From an uncultured bacterium (GTDB taxonomy: Bacteria > CSSED10-310 > CAZUFC01), in assembly GCA_964619725.1 (NCBI GenBank), contig CAZUFC010000001.1, positions 64,001-128,000 of the forward strand: DNA of 64,000 nt, read 5' to 3'. The translations under genes and the position numbers were made by a program. Of this stretch, positions 48,504-57,660 are shown in pieces. Below the pieces are notes generated by a model. It worked only from the letters and a program-made list of their open reading frames with translations, was not told the DNA's origin and did no database searches. The first letter of the stretch is position 1. Every line of letters starts with the position of its first letter.

Positions 48504-51500
48504 TTAATGTTTTTCCCTTTGGACCAGGACAAATATCGAAGTCAGAAGAATAAATAGGATCGTTTTGCCGAGGGGACCGGCGGCCGGAATGGGAGCCGGA
48601 GTCGGCGAAGCTGTGGGTGTGGGCGACCAGTTGGGTTGTATGGTTATTTCAAAGCATGCAATGGAGTCGCTGTAGAATCCGTCGATTGAGTTGTATCCGA
48701 TGTCGCCCATGGCGACCCAGGCCGGGGCTCCGTGACCTGTGAGTCCGCCGTCCAGGTCCATGATGTCGGTCACATGTCCGGCTACGTTGAAGAAGGAGAT
48801 GGTGACTACGAGGTCGTTTATGATGGTGGTTCGGGAATCGGAGTTGAGCAGGCAGTTGCAGGGTTGGAAATATGTCATGTCCTGTTTGCCGGGATGGCAG
48901 GGAATGTAATGTCCTCCTGCATCGGCGGCGGCGCCCTGGAAGGGAACGTCGTCCAGTGATGCAACGGTCGGATTATCGCCGGAAGTAAAGGAATCGCCAG
49001 TGGAGTCGTCGCTTATGAAGGCCGCGAGCAGGCCTGTTGATGATATTTCCATTGCGGAAGGACACAAGACGGTGAACCTGTTGGAGCCCATCTTCAGAGG
49101 ATGGTTGAGCCTGTTTTTGGTTAGACCGGACATGTAAATGTATTCGCCGTGGTCGCCGGCATTGTAGGGGACGTTTGATGCTTCCGGTCTGTTTATTACA
49201 TTGATGGACGGATCGAGTTCAGCGACGTCTATGCCGGCGATGGAACCCTGATTCTGGAATGCCGGAGCGCCCAGTCCCGCATCGAGGATATGGTTCAATC
49301 GAATCTGGGCTCCCTGGTAACTGAAGTTCGTACCGAAATCGTAGTAACCTTCGATGACGGCCAGGTCCATCTGTCCGCCGTCCCATCCCGTCGAGGGTAC
49401 AGGATCGAGAAAGATGCTGTCCTGGTAAAAGCGTTCTTCTCCGGCTTCCAGGCCGGGAATATGTTGAACGATGAAGATATCATTGAGGAAAAGGGAACTG
49501 GGCGGTGAAGTCGGCGTAGGAACGGGAGTAAATGTCGATCCTGCAGTGGGCGTTTCAGTGGGGGTTATAGTAGGCGTGGGAGACGACGTAGGCGTTAATG
49601 TGGGACCGTATGTAGGAGTATAAATATATTCGACGAGGAGCTCGAGGTAGACGACGCAATCAGGCATGGAGTCGTCGATGGAGTTGTAACCGATATCCTC
49701 ATCAACGATCCAGCCTGGAGCGCCGTGACCGCTGAGTCCGTGCGGCAGTCCCATGCCTGAACCGACATCGCCGGCGACGTTGAAATAGGTTACGGTTATG
49801 CGATAATTGCCTGATTCCATGAATCTGCTGTCGTCGGCGAATTGATGCGTGCAGGATTGAAAATAGGGCGCATCCGTTTGTCCGGGATGCGGAGGGATGT
49901 ATTGTCCTTGAGCGTCCGACGTCGAACCTTGAGACGTCGAATCATCCAGGCAGGCTACTGATGGCGGGTCGTTCTGCTGGAATGTTTCTCCTGACGGATC
50001 GTGACTGATGAAGGCTGCGATTATGCCCCGGTTGCTGAATTCCATGGCATCAGGGGATATGATGGTAAAACGGTTGTATCCGACGGATAATTCGCGGTTT
50101 AGTTTACTTTTGTTCATGCCGGAACCTTGAATAAAGTCCTGATGGCTGTCTGCATCGTAAGGACAGTTGTCGACGGACGGACGATTGAGTATGGTAATTC
50201 CCGCGTCCAGTTCTTTTACTCCCGCCGTGTCGATGGAACCTCTGTCGATGAAATCCGGCGCTCCCAGCCCGTAATCCTGCACGTCTGCAGGGTCGATCTG
50301 TCCGCCCTGATCCGTATAGCCGGTATTGAAATCGTAATATCCCTCGATGACTGCCAGGTCTATCAAACCGCCGTCCCAGCCGGAAGTGGGGATTAAACTG
50401 TCGATGATAGTGTCCTGGTAATACCGGTTATCTCCGTACCCCGCATTTTTGTATTGCGCCAGGTATATATCGTTCAGGTATATCTTTGAAGGATCAAATG
50501 TCGGCGCCGGCGTCGGGGTCAAGGCTGATGTCGGAGTCGGCGTCGGCGTGGCCGTCGGCGGCCCTGAATCATGCCAGGTGACGAAAGGATTGCCCATCAG
50601 TATCTTATCGTCGACCGAGCGGAAAAAATAATGATCGTCGCCCCAAATAATGTCGGAATTGCGCATCTGGTAATATCCCTTGGCCAGATAATTATCCGGA
50701 GTCGCAGCCAGGCCTTGAATAAGCAATTCGTGGAATCCGGCGAAGAGTCCCGTGGACTGCGAGGAAGCAGAACCGTAAAAGGTTACGCACGCAGTGTTGT
50801 CCGCGAAAACCAGATTGTTGCCTATGCCCCGTTCGTAAGCCGGATTCGGTCCCGTGGTTCCCCGGAAATTGCCGTTGTTGCATCCGCTTGACGTTATGAA
50901 ATTGGGGCAGCGGTCCTGCTGTATCAGGGATACGTTTTCATAATTAAAGGAGTTTCCGCCTCCGTGATAATATACGGCATCAGCTCCGCCGTGACAGAAA
51001 AGATGACAATATTTGAAAATGGTTTGATTCCACAAGTAAAACAGTTCGTCCACTTTAATATCATCGATGCTTCCATAGGGATGCTCATATGGCGTAAAGT
51101 CAAGACTTGCATTAAATCCTTCCCAGTCGCTCCCGTTCCAGTACCTCTCCTTGGTCAAATCCTGAGGATATATCCAGTAGGGAACGCCGGCGTATCCCCA
51201 CATCAGGTCCTGGTCCGACGAATAAACACCGAAGTGCATTATCTGTTCCGCAGTGCGGCCGCCCGATTCCAACAGCAGGTTTATCCATTCCGAATTGAAT
51301 CCCAGGTTGGTCATGTTGCTTCCGATATAAAGCATGGCGTCCTCTCCTTCTATCTGACCGGAATAGTAATCATCGAGTTTTTCCAGATATCCGTTCAGGT
51401 AGAAGCCGTGATCGCTCACATCCTCTGCAGGCGGTATCCACCAGGCCGTCCAGATTTCCGTCGCATTAGTCCACGGATCGGTGATGACCTGCTCAAAATG

Positions 51501-51905
51501 TCCGTCCGCCGGCGACTGGTCGATCCATTCCGCTTCAAAATCTTCATAATAGAACGGAGCAGGGTTTATGTCGCCGTTTCCGTGACGGTAGGTCGCATAA
51601 GGAATGGTCCCGGCCAGGATGGCTCCGCCTATGTCGTTCCCGCTGTAATAATATTCGTCATGGAGCATTTGTCGGACGTCCGACGGAGTATAAGAATTAT
51701 AAAAATCATCGGCGATTATCTGAACGTCCACATTGAAACGGTCATCGACATGACCGACGTAAACGTCAAGATTATCAGCGATTTGATCATATACATCCGG
51801 CTCATTGTTGTTGACGAGAAACAGAACCGTTTCCGCATGCGCCGGACCGTTGAAAATAATAAACGAAACGATGCCGAAGATTAGTATTCGACAAAATTGC
51901 TGCAT
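48504..51905 (-). CDS. Secreted C25/gingipain-like domain plus two tandem ~290-aa unknown domains and IPTL-CTERM-like anchor
   Basis: ggag RBS, ATG 51905 and signal peptide; 'GAILAGTIP', 'FCHG', 'SGCNNG', 'ILMGNP'; internal duplication; C-terminal IPAAGPLG plus TM plus basic tail. Confidence 0.65.
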   Translation of the reverse strand: MQQFCRILIFGIVSFIIFNGPAHAETVLFLVNNNEPDVYDQIADNLDVYVGHVDDRFNVDVQIIADDFYNSYTPSDVRQMLHDEYYYSGNDIGGAILAGTIPYATYRHGNGDINPAPFYYEDFEAEWIDQSPADGHFEQVITDPWTNATEIWTAWWIPPAEDVSDHGFYLNGYLEKLDDYYSGQIEGEDAMLYIGSNMTNLGFNSEWINLLLESGGRTAEQIMHFGVYSSDQDLMWGYAGVPYWIYPQDLTKERYWNGSDWEGFNASLDFTPYEHPYGSIDDIKVDELFYLWNQTIFKYCHLFCHGGADAVYYHGGGNSFNYENVSLIQQDRCPNFITSSGCNNGNFRGTTGPNPAYERGIGNNLVFADNTACVTFYGSASSQSTGLFAGFHELLIQGLAATPDNYLAKGYYQMRNSDIIWGDDHYFFRSVDDKILMGNPFVTWHDSGPPTATPTPTPTSALTPTPAPTFDPSKIYLNDIYLAQYKNAGYGDNRYYQDTIIDSLIPTSGWDGGLIDLAVIEGYYDFNTGYTDQGGQIDPADVQDYGLGAPDFIDRGSIDTAGVKELDAGITILNRPSVDNCPYDADSHQDFIQGSGMNKSKLNRELSVGYNRFTIISPDAMEFSNRGIIAAFISHDPSGETFQQNDPPSVACLDDSTSQGSTSDAQGQYIPPHPGQTDAPYFQSCTHQFADDSRFMESGNYRITVTYFNVAGDVGSGMGLPHGLSGHGAPGWIVDEDIGYNSIDDSMPDCVVYLELLVEYIYTPTYGPTLTPTSSPTPTITPTETPTAGSTFTPVPTPTSPPSSLFLNDIFIVQHIPGLEAGEERFYQDSIFLDPVPSTGWDGGQMDLAVIEGYYDFGTNFSYQGAQIRLNHILDAGLGAPAFQNQGSIAGIDVAELDPSINVINRPEASNVPYNAGDHGEYIYMSGLTKNRLNHPLKMGSNRFTVLCPSAMEISSTGLLAAFISDDSTGDSFTSGDNPTVASLDDVPFQGAAADAGGHYIPCHPGKQDMTYFQPCNCLLNSDSRTTIINDLVVTISFFNVAGHVTDIMDLDGGLTGHGAPAWVAMGDIGYNSIDGFYSDSIACFEITIQPNWSPTPTASPTPAPIPAAGPLGKTILFILLTSIFVLVQREKH

Positions 51906-52034
51906 GATGTCTCTCCATACAAAATGCTTACTGAATTTAAAAAAAAAAGAGAACAAAGAGCCCGGCCGATTTAAGGCAACCGATCGCATGCAAGCAGACA
52001 TAATGAGAACGGCTGAATCGGCGCACCTGTAAAA

Positions 52035-52063
52035 ATTATGTGGAATAAATGGACAAAAGTCAA
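52035..52063 (-). promoter_or_regulatory. Putative sigma70-type promoter
   Basis: Minus strand TTGACT-N17-CATAAT. Confidence 0.45.
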
Positions 52064-52139
52064 AAAATCGTGTCTGATCTAATGCGACTTACAGTTCATG
52101 AAAATCGGTCCTTCTCTTAACCGGGATAATCAGTGTTAT

Positions 52140-52283
52140 CCGTATTGATCAAAAATGCATCTTTTGAGGTTTCAATTCGACAGAATCGCCTATCATTTTG
52201 TTTCGATTTCGATCCCGATACCGATTACTGAAACAAACGGTCAAAAGCTATGAAAAAAGCGTAACTCCGGTTTGATCAGTCCC
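52140..52283. mobile_element. MITE-like element (family B), inverted relative to the 47510 copy
   Basis: attgatcaaaaatgcatc...ccggtttgatcagtccc; gtgttatccgtatt directly repeated at 52133-52146 and 52284-52297. Confidence 0.75.
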
Positions 52284-52520
52284 GTGTTATCCGTATTTGA
52301 GGAGTCTTTGCAGGCGTCATCCAAAACACGATTTTTTATGGAATCGACAAAAACCCGGCGTTGCGCTGAAATGCGCATTCAGCAGACGTAATTTGCACAG
52401 AATTTTCCAAGAAAATTGGACAAACAGATTTTTTTTAAATAATCTTTTTTATGGACAAGGAACCTCGTCTGACGACGTATTCGATGCAGTGAGGGTAGGG
52501 TCTTCAGCGACGGATACGTT

Positions 52521-55500
52521 ATGCGGTTCATGGAAAAAAATTCTAAAGGACGAGTAAAGGGTAAAGAATTCGGGAGGATTAAAAAATTGAAAAAAAGTTA
52601 TTTTCCATTTTTGCTATGGACGATTCTGTTATTAATCGGGCCGGCGGCACACGGGTCCTGGATATCATTTGACGGTTATATTTCTTCAAAAGAGCAAATA
52701 AATGAATCGGTTGAGAGCGACTGGGAGCGTGTCGAATTGAAGATGTCCCTTTCCGGCGTTTCAATAGAGGCTATCGAACTGAAGGGGAAACGTTTCACGT
52801 ATCTTGATTTCGATGAACGTACATACAAGGGAGAGATCGGAGCTCCCCGGATACCTGTATTAAGACGATATGTCGAGGTCCCGCGATATTGCAGAGTTGA
52901 ACTTGAAGCAAGCGTAACGGAAGAGTCGGTCATTTCATTGAGCGAAGCGGGATATCCTTATCCTCTGGCGCCGGTTCAGCCGCCTGTTCCGAAGCTGCCG
53001 GGGGCTTATGAATCAATGCCGTTGGCGATGGACGAATCGATTTATGACCGTAACGAATATTTAAGTGAGAAGGGAGTGCGCATACAGGACGACGGAATCA
53101 TGAGGGGCCGTCGCCTGATTGTTCTTGAAATAAATCCGTTATCGTATAATCCGGGTTTGAATTCGATACGAGTCGTGAAAGAGATAGAGATAAGTTTAGT
53201 ATTAAAAGAGGTGGACCGGGAACAATCAATCGCGCACGCAGAGCGTTATCACAGCGTGCCTTTCGATCAATTGCTGTCAGAGCTCACAGTGAATCACGGT
53301 GATTTTTTAACTTATGATTTTCCGCCGGCGGCTCCGATAGGATATTTGATTATCTGCAGTCCCGGTTATCAAACGGCGTTGAATTCTTTTGTCGATTGGA
53401 AGACGCGGTGCGGGTATGAAGTTACGATAGAGGATGCGCCGGCGGGAGCGAGTACGACCACGATCAAGAATATCATATTGAATGCGTACCAGAGTTGGCC
53501 TAATCCTCCTGATTACGTTCTTCTGGCGGGCGATACGAATACCATACCGACATTTTCAGGCGATTCTTCTAATTCAGAGGATGATCTTCAGTATACGGAG
53601 CTGGAAGGGTCGGGATACTGGACGCCTGACGTAATGCTGGGGCGTTTTCCGGTCAGGTCGACGACGGATTTGAACAATGTGGTGGAAAAGGTATTGCAGT
53701 TTGAGCAGATGGGCATGCCGTCGACCGATTATTTCAAGGATTCGGTATGGCTGGCATCATACGATAATTATTCCATGGTTGAAGGCACGCATGAATGGTG
53801 CTGGAACAATCACATCCAACCGATAGACCCTTCGAACAACACTTACCATGCCGTGTATGAGCGCCTTGACGGGGACACTTCAGATTTTGCTTCAAACGTT
53901 AATGCAGGTCGCGGGTTCGTCTGTTATTCAGGACATGGATACGGCAACGGATCAGGAACGTCCAGCATCCATTTCGTAAACTCGAACGTACAGGCGCTGA
54001 CCAATCAGGATAAATACGGCCATGTGATGGTGCTGGCCTGCGGAACGAATCTTTATGAGCAGACGGTCTCTTTCGGCGAATGCTGGGTCTTGGAGGAGGA
54101 CAAAGGATCGGTCTCCTACTGGGGAACGTCCGACAGCTCTTACTGGGATGAGGATGACATTAAGCAGAAAGAAATATACCGGTGTCAGCATCAGGACCTT
54201 CTGCACACGCTCGGCGCCATGTATTTCAAGGGATTAATCGAGGTGTACGATTCGGGAAGCGGTTCTGCCGGTTATTATTTCGATATATATAATCTTATGG
54301 GGGATCCGTCGGCCGATTTCGTCACTCGAATTCCACAGACGCCGGTCGTTACGCATGCCGACTCGGCGCCGCCTCAGGAGCAGTTCTTCCAGGTAACGGT
54401 GACGGTAGGCGGAACCGCACGCGCCGGAGCTCTCGTGGGAATAACCATGAATCAGACTTTACTGGGCGCAGGCTATACTAACTCATCAGGCGTCGCCTCC
54501 GTTCATATAAGTCCATCGGATGCGGGATCGGCTTTGATTACGGTGACGGGACATAACCTGGAGCCTGTTCAGTCGCCGCTGACGATCTCGGCGAGCGGTT
54601 GCGGCCAGTTAGCCCTGGATGCTTCCCTGTATGCTTGCAACGACATCATAACCATAACCGTGTCCGATGCTGATTTAAATCTGAATCCCAATGCTCCGGA
54701 CAGCGCCCAGGCCGATATTTCTTCAAACAGCGAACCTGCGCCAGAAACGGTTATGTTGACGGAGACCGGCAACGACACAGACGTTTTCAGCGGCTCTATT
54801 CAGACTTCGACGACCCAGGGCGGTTCGGGGTACCTGCTGACGTCACACAACGATGTTATTACGGCGCATTACCATGATGAGGACTGCGAAGGCGAGCCGC
54901 TGGACCTGTACGCCGCGGCAGATGCGGATTGCCGGGGTCCGATGATCACAGGACCAGAGGCGAGCAATATCGGGGGAACCGTTGCGACTGTTTTCTGGTC
55001 GACGGATGAGCCGGCTGACGGCGACGTTTACTATGGAACGACGACCCCGCCTTCCCTGCATGCAGGCAATCCTCTGATGATGACGGATCACGAATTCACA
55101 TTATCGGGCCTGACGCCGAATACGACCTACTATTATTACGTAGTCAGCGCCGATGCACTGGGTAACTCGACCACTGCAGACAACGGAGGCGTTTATTATT
55201 CTTTCCAGACTTCGGACAGTCTGTCCATACTGGTTATTGACGACGGCTCATCTTCCGCTGCAACCATCGTTTCACATCTCCAGACGCTGGGGAACATAGT
55301 GCAGATGGAAACAGCGGGAGGCACCAACCCTTCCGGATGGCCGGATTACGACTGTATCGTGTGGAGTTCAGGCGACAACGCCTCGCCGGTCAGTTCTTCC
55401 GGTTATCGATCTTCCCTGGAAAGTTACGTCGGCGCTGGGCATCCCTTGTGGATCGAGGGCGGAGAAACAGGCTATGATGCGATATCCTATCCGGGGTATC

Positions 55501-57092
55501 CGACCTTCGCTTCTGAAGTTCTCCATGCTGACGAATGGGAATCAGACAGCTCTGGCAATATAGCGGTCTACAATACGTCTCACCCACTGGTAACGGTCCC
55601 CAATGTCCTGCCTTCAACCATTTCTTGCGACTACAGCGAATACGGCGATCAGGATGCCGTAAGCGAAACAAGCGATGCGGCGCGGATATGTTCCTGGACC
55701 TCGGAAAGCGGATACGCGTCGATCATAGCTTACGACGTTGACGGAAATCCGGATAACGGCGGACAGATCGTTTTCACGAGTTTCGATCTAATCGAGACAG
55801 CCTCTGCCTCGCAGGAACCTATGATACAAAATATCATTCAATGGCTGACGGCCAGCGGACCTCAACCGACTCCGACCCATACGAAGACCCCCACCAGGAC
55901 CCCGACCAGGACGCCCACAGCGCCGTTGACTTTCACTCCGACCATTACGCCTTCGCCGACTTCTACGGCCACACAATCCACGCCGGCAACGCCGACCGCA
56001 ACTCCCACGCAATCACCCACCAGAACCGTCACCCGCACGCCGACCGATACCGCCACTCCTACCATTACGCCCACTTCGGAAACCTCGGATTGCTCTATAC
56101 TTCTCGTGGACGACGATGACGATGATCCCGACGTTCGGACCTATTTTACCCAGGCACTGGATATCCTGGGTTATGACTATTACATATTTGATACGGGCGG
56201 CGGCTCCGGAAACGGCCCCGCATTGGCAATGATGAATAATTATGATGCTGTAGTCTGGTTTTCCGGTGATAAATACGGTTATGACGACCCGCAAGCCGGT
56301 CCTAACTCCCAGGATGAAAACAGCCTTGCCTCGTACCTTGACGGCGGAGGCCGACTATTCCTCGATTCCCAGGATTATTTGTACGACATGGGAATTACAA
56401 ACTTCGGAGCCGATTACCTGGGCATATCCTGGCATCAAAACGATACGGCTGAGGCATCCTGGCTTTACGGCGTGCCGGGAGACCCGGTGAGCGGCGCCTA
56501 CACAGGCGGGTTAAGTTTAAGCAATCCTCCGGGTTTTTACGAGTACGGCGATGTAATATCTATAGCGACAAGCGCTGATTCGCTCTTTCTGATTGACGGA
56601 CTGAGCGGCGATACGACGTGCGCCAAAAAAGACGGCGGCGTTTGGCGCACCGTGTTTTTCAGCACGAGCTGGCTGCTGATAGCGCAAGATGACGAAACAG
56701 CAGGAAGAAACGTAATGCAATCCATCCTCTCCTGGCTTTGTCCTGACGCATCAACGCCGACCGTGCCGCCATCCCCTTCGCCGTCCAATACGCCGACTTT
56801 CAGCCCGACAAGTACGCCGACGGATCAGCCGACGCAAACCCCGACGATCAGCCCGACAAGAACGCCGACAAATATTCCAAGCCGTACGCCGACCTATTCG
56901 CCTACCGGAATGCCGACGAAAACAGCGACAGCTTCGTTCACGTCTGTCCACTCTGCTACGCCTTCGCCCACATCCACGATTGAGATCGCTCCCGTACCCG
57001 CCATGTCGCCGACCGGCTTACTTTTGACGGTCATTCTGCTCGCCGGCTTCATCGGAGCCGGAGTGAAAAATAGGACGAGAAGAACCCATTAG
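52521..57092 (+). CDS. Gingipain-like C25 cysteine peptidase with propeptide, Ig/FN3 domains, PT linkers and IPTL-CTERM-like anchor
   Basis: Propeptide 'GAPRIPV'; 'YVLLAGD', 'PDVMLGRF', 'YSGHG' (His), 'LACGT' (Cys), 'YNLMGDPS'; C-terminal VPAMSPTG plus TM plus RTRR. Confidence 0.88.
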   Translation: MRFMEKNSKGRVKGKEFGRIKKLKKSYFPFLLWTILLLIGPAAHGSWISFDGYISSKEQINESVESDWERVELKMSLSGVSIEAIELKGKRFTYLDFDERTYKGEIGAPRIPVLRRYVEVPRYCRVELEASVTEESVISLSEAGYPYPLAPVQPPVPKLPGAYESMPLAMDESIYDRNEYLSEKGVRIQDDGIMRGRRLIVLEINPLSYNPGLNSIRVVKEIEISLVLKEVDREQSIAHAERYHSVPFDQLLSELTVNHGDFLTYDFPPAAPIGYLIICSPGYQTALNSFVDWKTRCGYEVTIEDAPAGASTTTIKNIILNAYQSWPNPPDYVLLAGDTNTIPTFSGDSSNSEDDLQYTELEGSGYWTPDVMLGRFPVRSTTDLNNVVEKVLQFEQMGMPSTDYFKDSVWLASYDNYSMVEGTHEWCWNNHIQPIDPSNNTYHAVYERLDGDTSDFASNVNAGRGFVCYSGHGYGNGSGTSSIHFVNSNVQALTNQDKYGHVMVLACGTNLYEQTVSFGECWVLEEDKGSVSYWGTSDSSYWDEDDIKQKEIYRCQHQDLLHTLGAMYFKGLIEVYDSGSGSAGYYFDIYNLMGDPSADFVTRIPQTPVVTHADSAPPQEQFFQVTVTVGGTARAGALVGITMNQTLLGAGYTNSSGVASVHISPSDAGSALITVTGHNLEPVQSPLTISASGCGQLALDASLYACNDIITITVSDADLNLNPNAPDSAQADISSNSEPAPETVMLTETGNDTDVFSGSIQTSTTQGGSGYLLTSHNDVITAHYHDEDCEGEPLDLYAAADADCRGPMITGPEASNIGGTVATVFWSTDEPADGDVYYGTTTPPSLHAGNPLMMTDHEFTLSGLTPNTTYYYYVVSADALGNSTTADNGGVYYSFQTSDSLSILVIDDGSSSAATIVSHLQTLGNIVQMETAGGTNPSGWPDYDCIVWSSGDNASPVSSSGYRSSLESYVGAGHPLWIEGGETGYDAISYPGYPTFASEVLHADEWESDSSGNIAVYNTSHPLVTVPNVLPSTISCDYSEYGDQDAVSETSDAARICSWTSESGYASIIAYDVDGNPDNGGQIVFTSFDLIETASASQEPMIQNIIQWLTASGPQPTPTHTKTPTRTPTRTPTAPLTFTPTITPSPTSTATQSTPATPTATPTQSPTRTVTRTPTDTATPTITPTSETSDCSILLVDDDDDDPDVRTYFTQALDILGYDYYIFDTGGGSGNGPALAMMNNYDAVVWFSGDKYGYDDPQAGPNSQDENSLASYLDGGGRLFLDSQDYLYDMGITNFGADYLGISWHQNDTAEASWLYGVPGDPVSGAYTGGLSLSNPPGFYEYGDVISIATSADSLFLIDGLSGDTTCAKKDGGVWRTVFFSTSWLLIAQDDETAGRNVMQSILSWLCPDASTPTVPPSPSPSNTPTFSPTSTPTDQPTQTPTISPTRTPTNIPSRTPTYSPTGMPTKTATASFTSVHSATPSPTSTIEIAPVPAMSPTGLLLTVILLAGFIGAGVKNRTRRTH

Positions 57093-57445
57093 AAAGAAAA
57101 CGGACCCCTTTCAATAGTTCGCTTCGGCATTACAACCAACACTTACCCATGGGTCTGATACGAAAAATTTCTATTAATTCCTTATTTTCTGAATTAAAGA
57201 TTTTAGCTGAAAACCTGGAAACAGTTTTTTGAAATTGTCCTCGAAAGGAGACAGACATCTGACGACAAAATTTATTGCAAAAAGCGATACTAGAACCAAC
57301 GATTACTAGAAAATGCAAAAACTGCCTATCGCTATCGCTCCTTTGACGGCAAGACTCAGAAAATTGAAGACCACTTTAAATCGTTTGGTCTTCTCTATCT
57401 CACGTCTATAGTTTAACTCAATTTTTCCTCAAATTTCTCATAAAA

Positions 57446-57473
57446 ATTATAAGTCTCTAGCATTGTCTGTCAA
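57446..57473 (-). promoter_or_regulatory. Near-consensus sigma70 promoter with no intact downstream gene
   Basis: Minus strand TTGACA-N16-TATAAT. Confidence 0.45.
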
Positions 57474-57565
57474 GAAAAAAAATTCAGCAATTTCTTCTTG
57501 TTTAAAGCAATCACAGTCATAAGAGTAACGCCGCCGACTCAGCTCTAAAAAACAAGGCTCTTGCA

Positions 57566-57604
57566 CCCCCTCTCCATTCATGGAGAGGGGGTCGGGGGGT
57601 GAGG
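57566..57604. repeat. REP-like hairpin downstream of glgP
   Basis: ccccctctcca-ttca-tggagaggggg followed by tcggggggtgagg. Confidence 0.6.
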
Positions 57605-57660
57605 TTTGTCACTCCGCCAAGATTATTTAAAAAAAACCTTCTCTAACTCGCCCGACTCCC

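Noticed and set aside
48630-50485. Diversity-generating retroelement template/variable repeat
   Set aside because: The duplication is an in-frame protein-level repeat, differences are not confined to adenines, and no reverse transcriptase is present.
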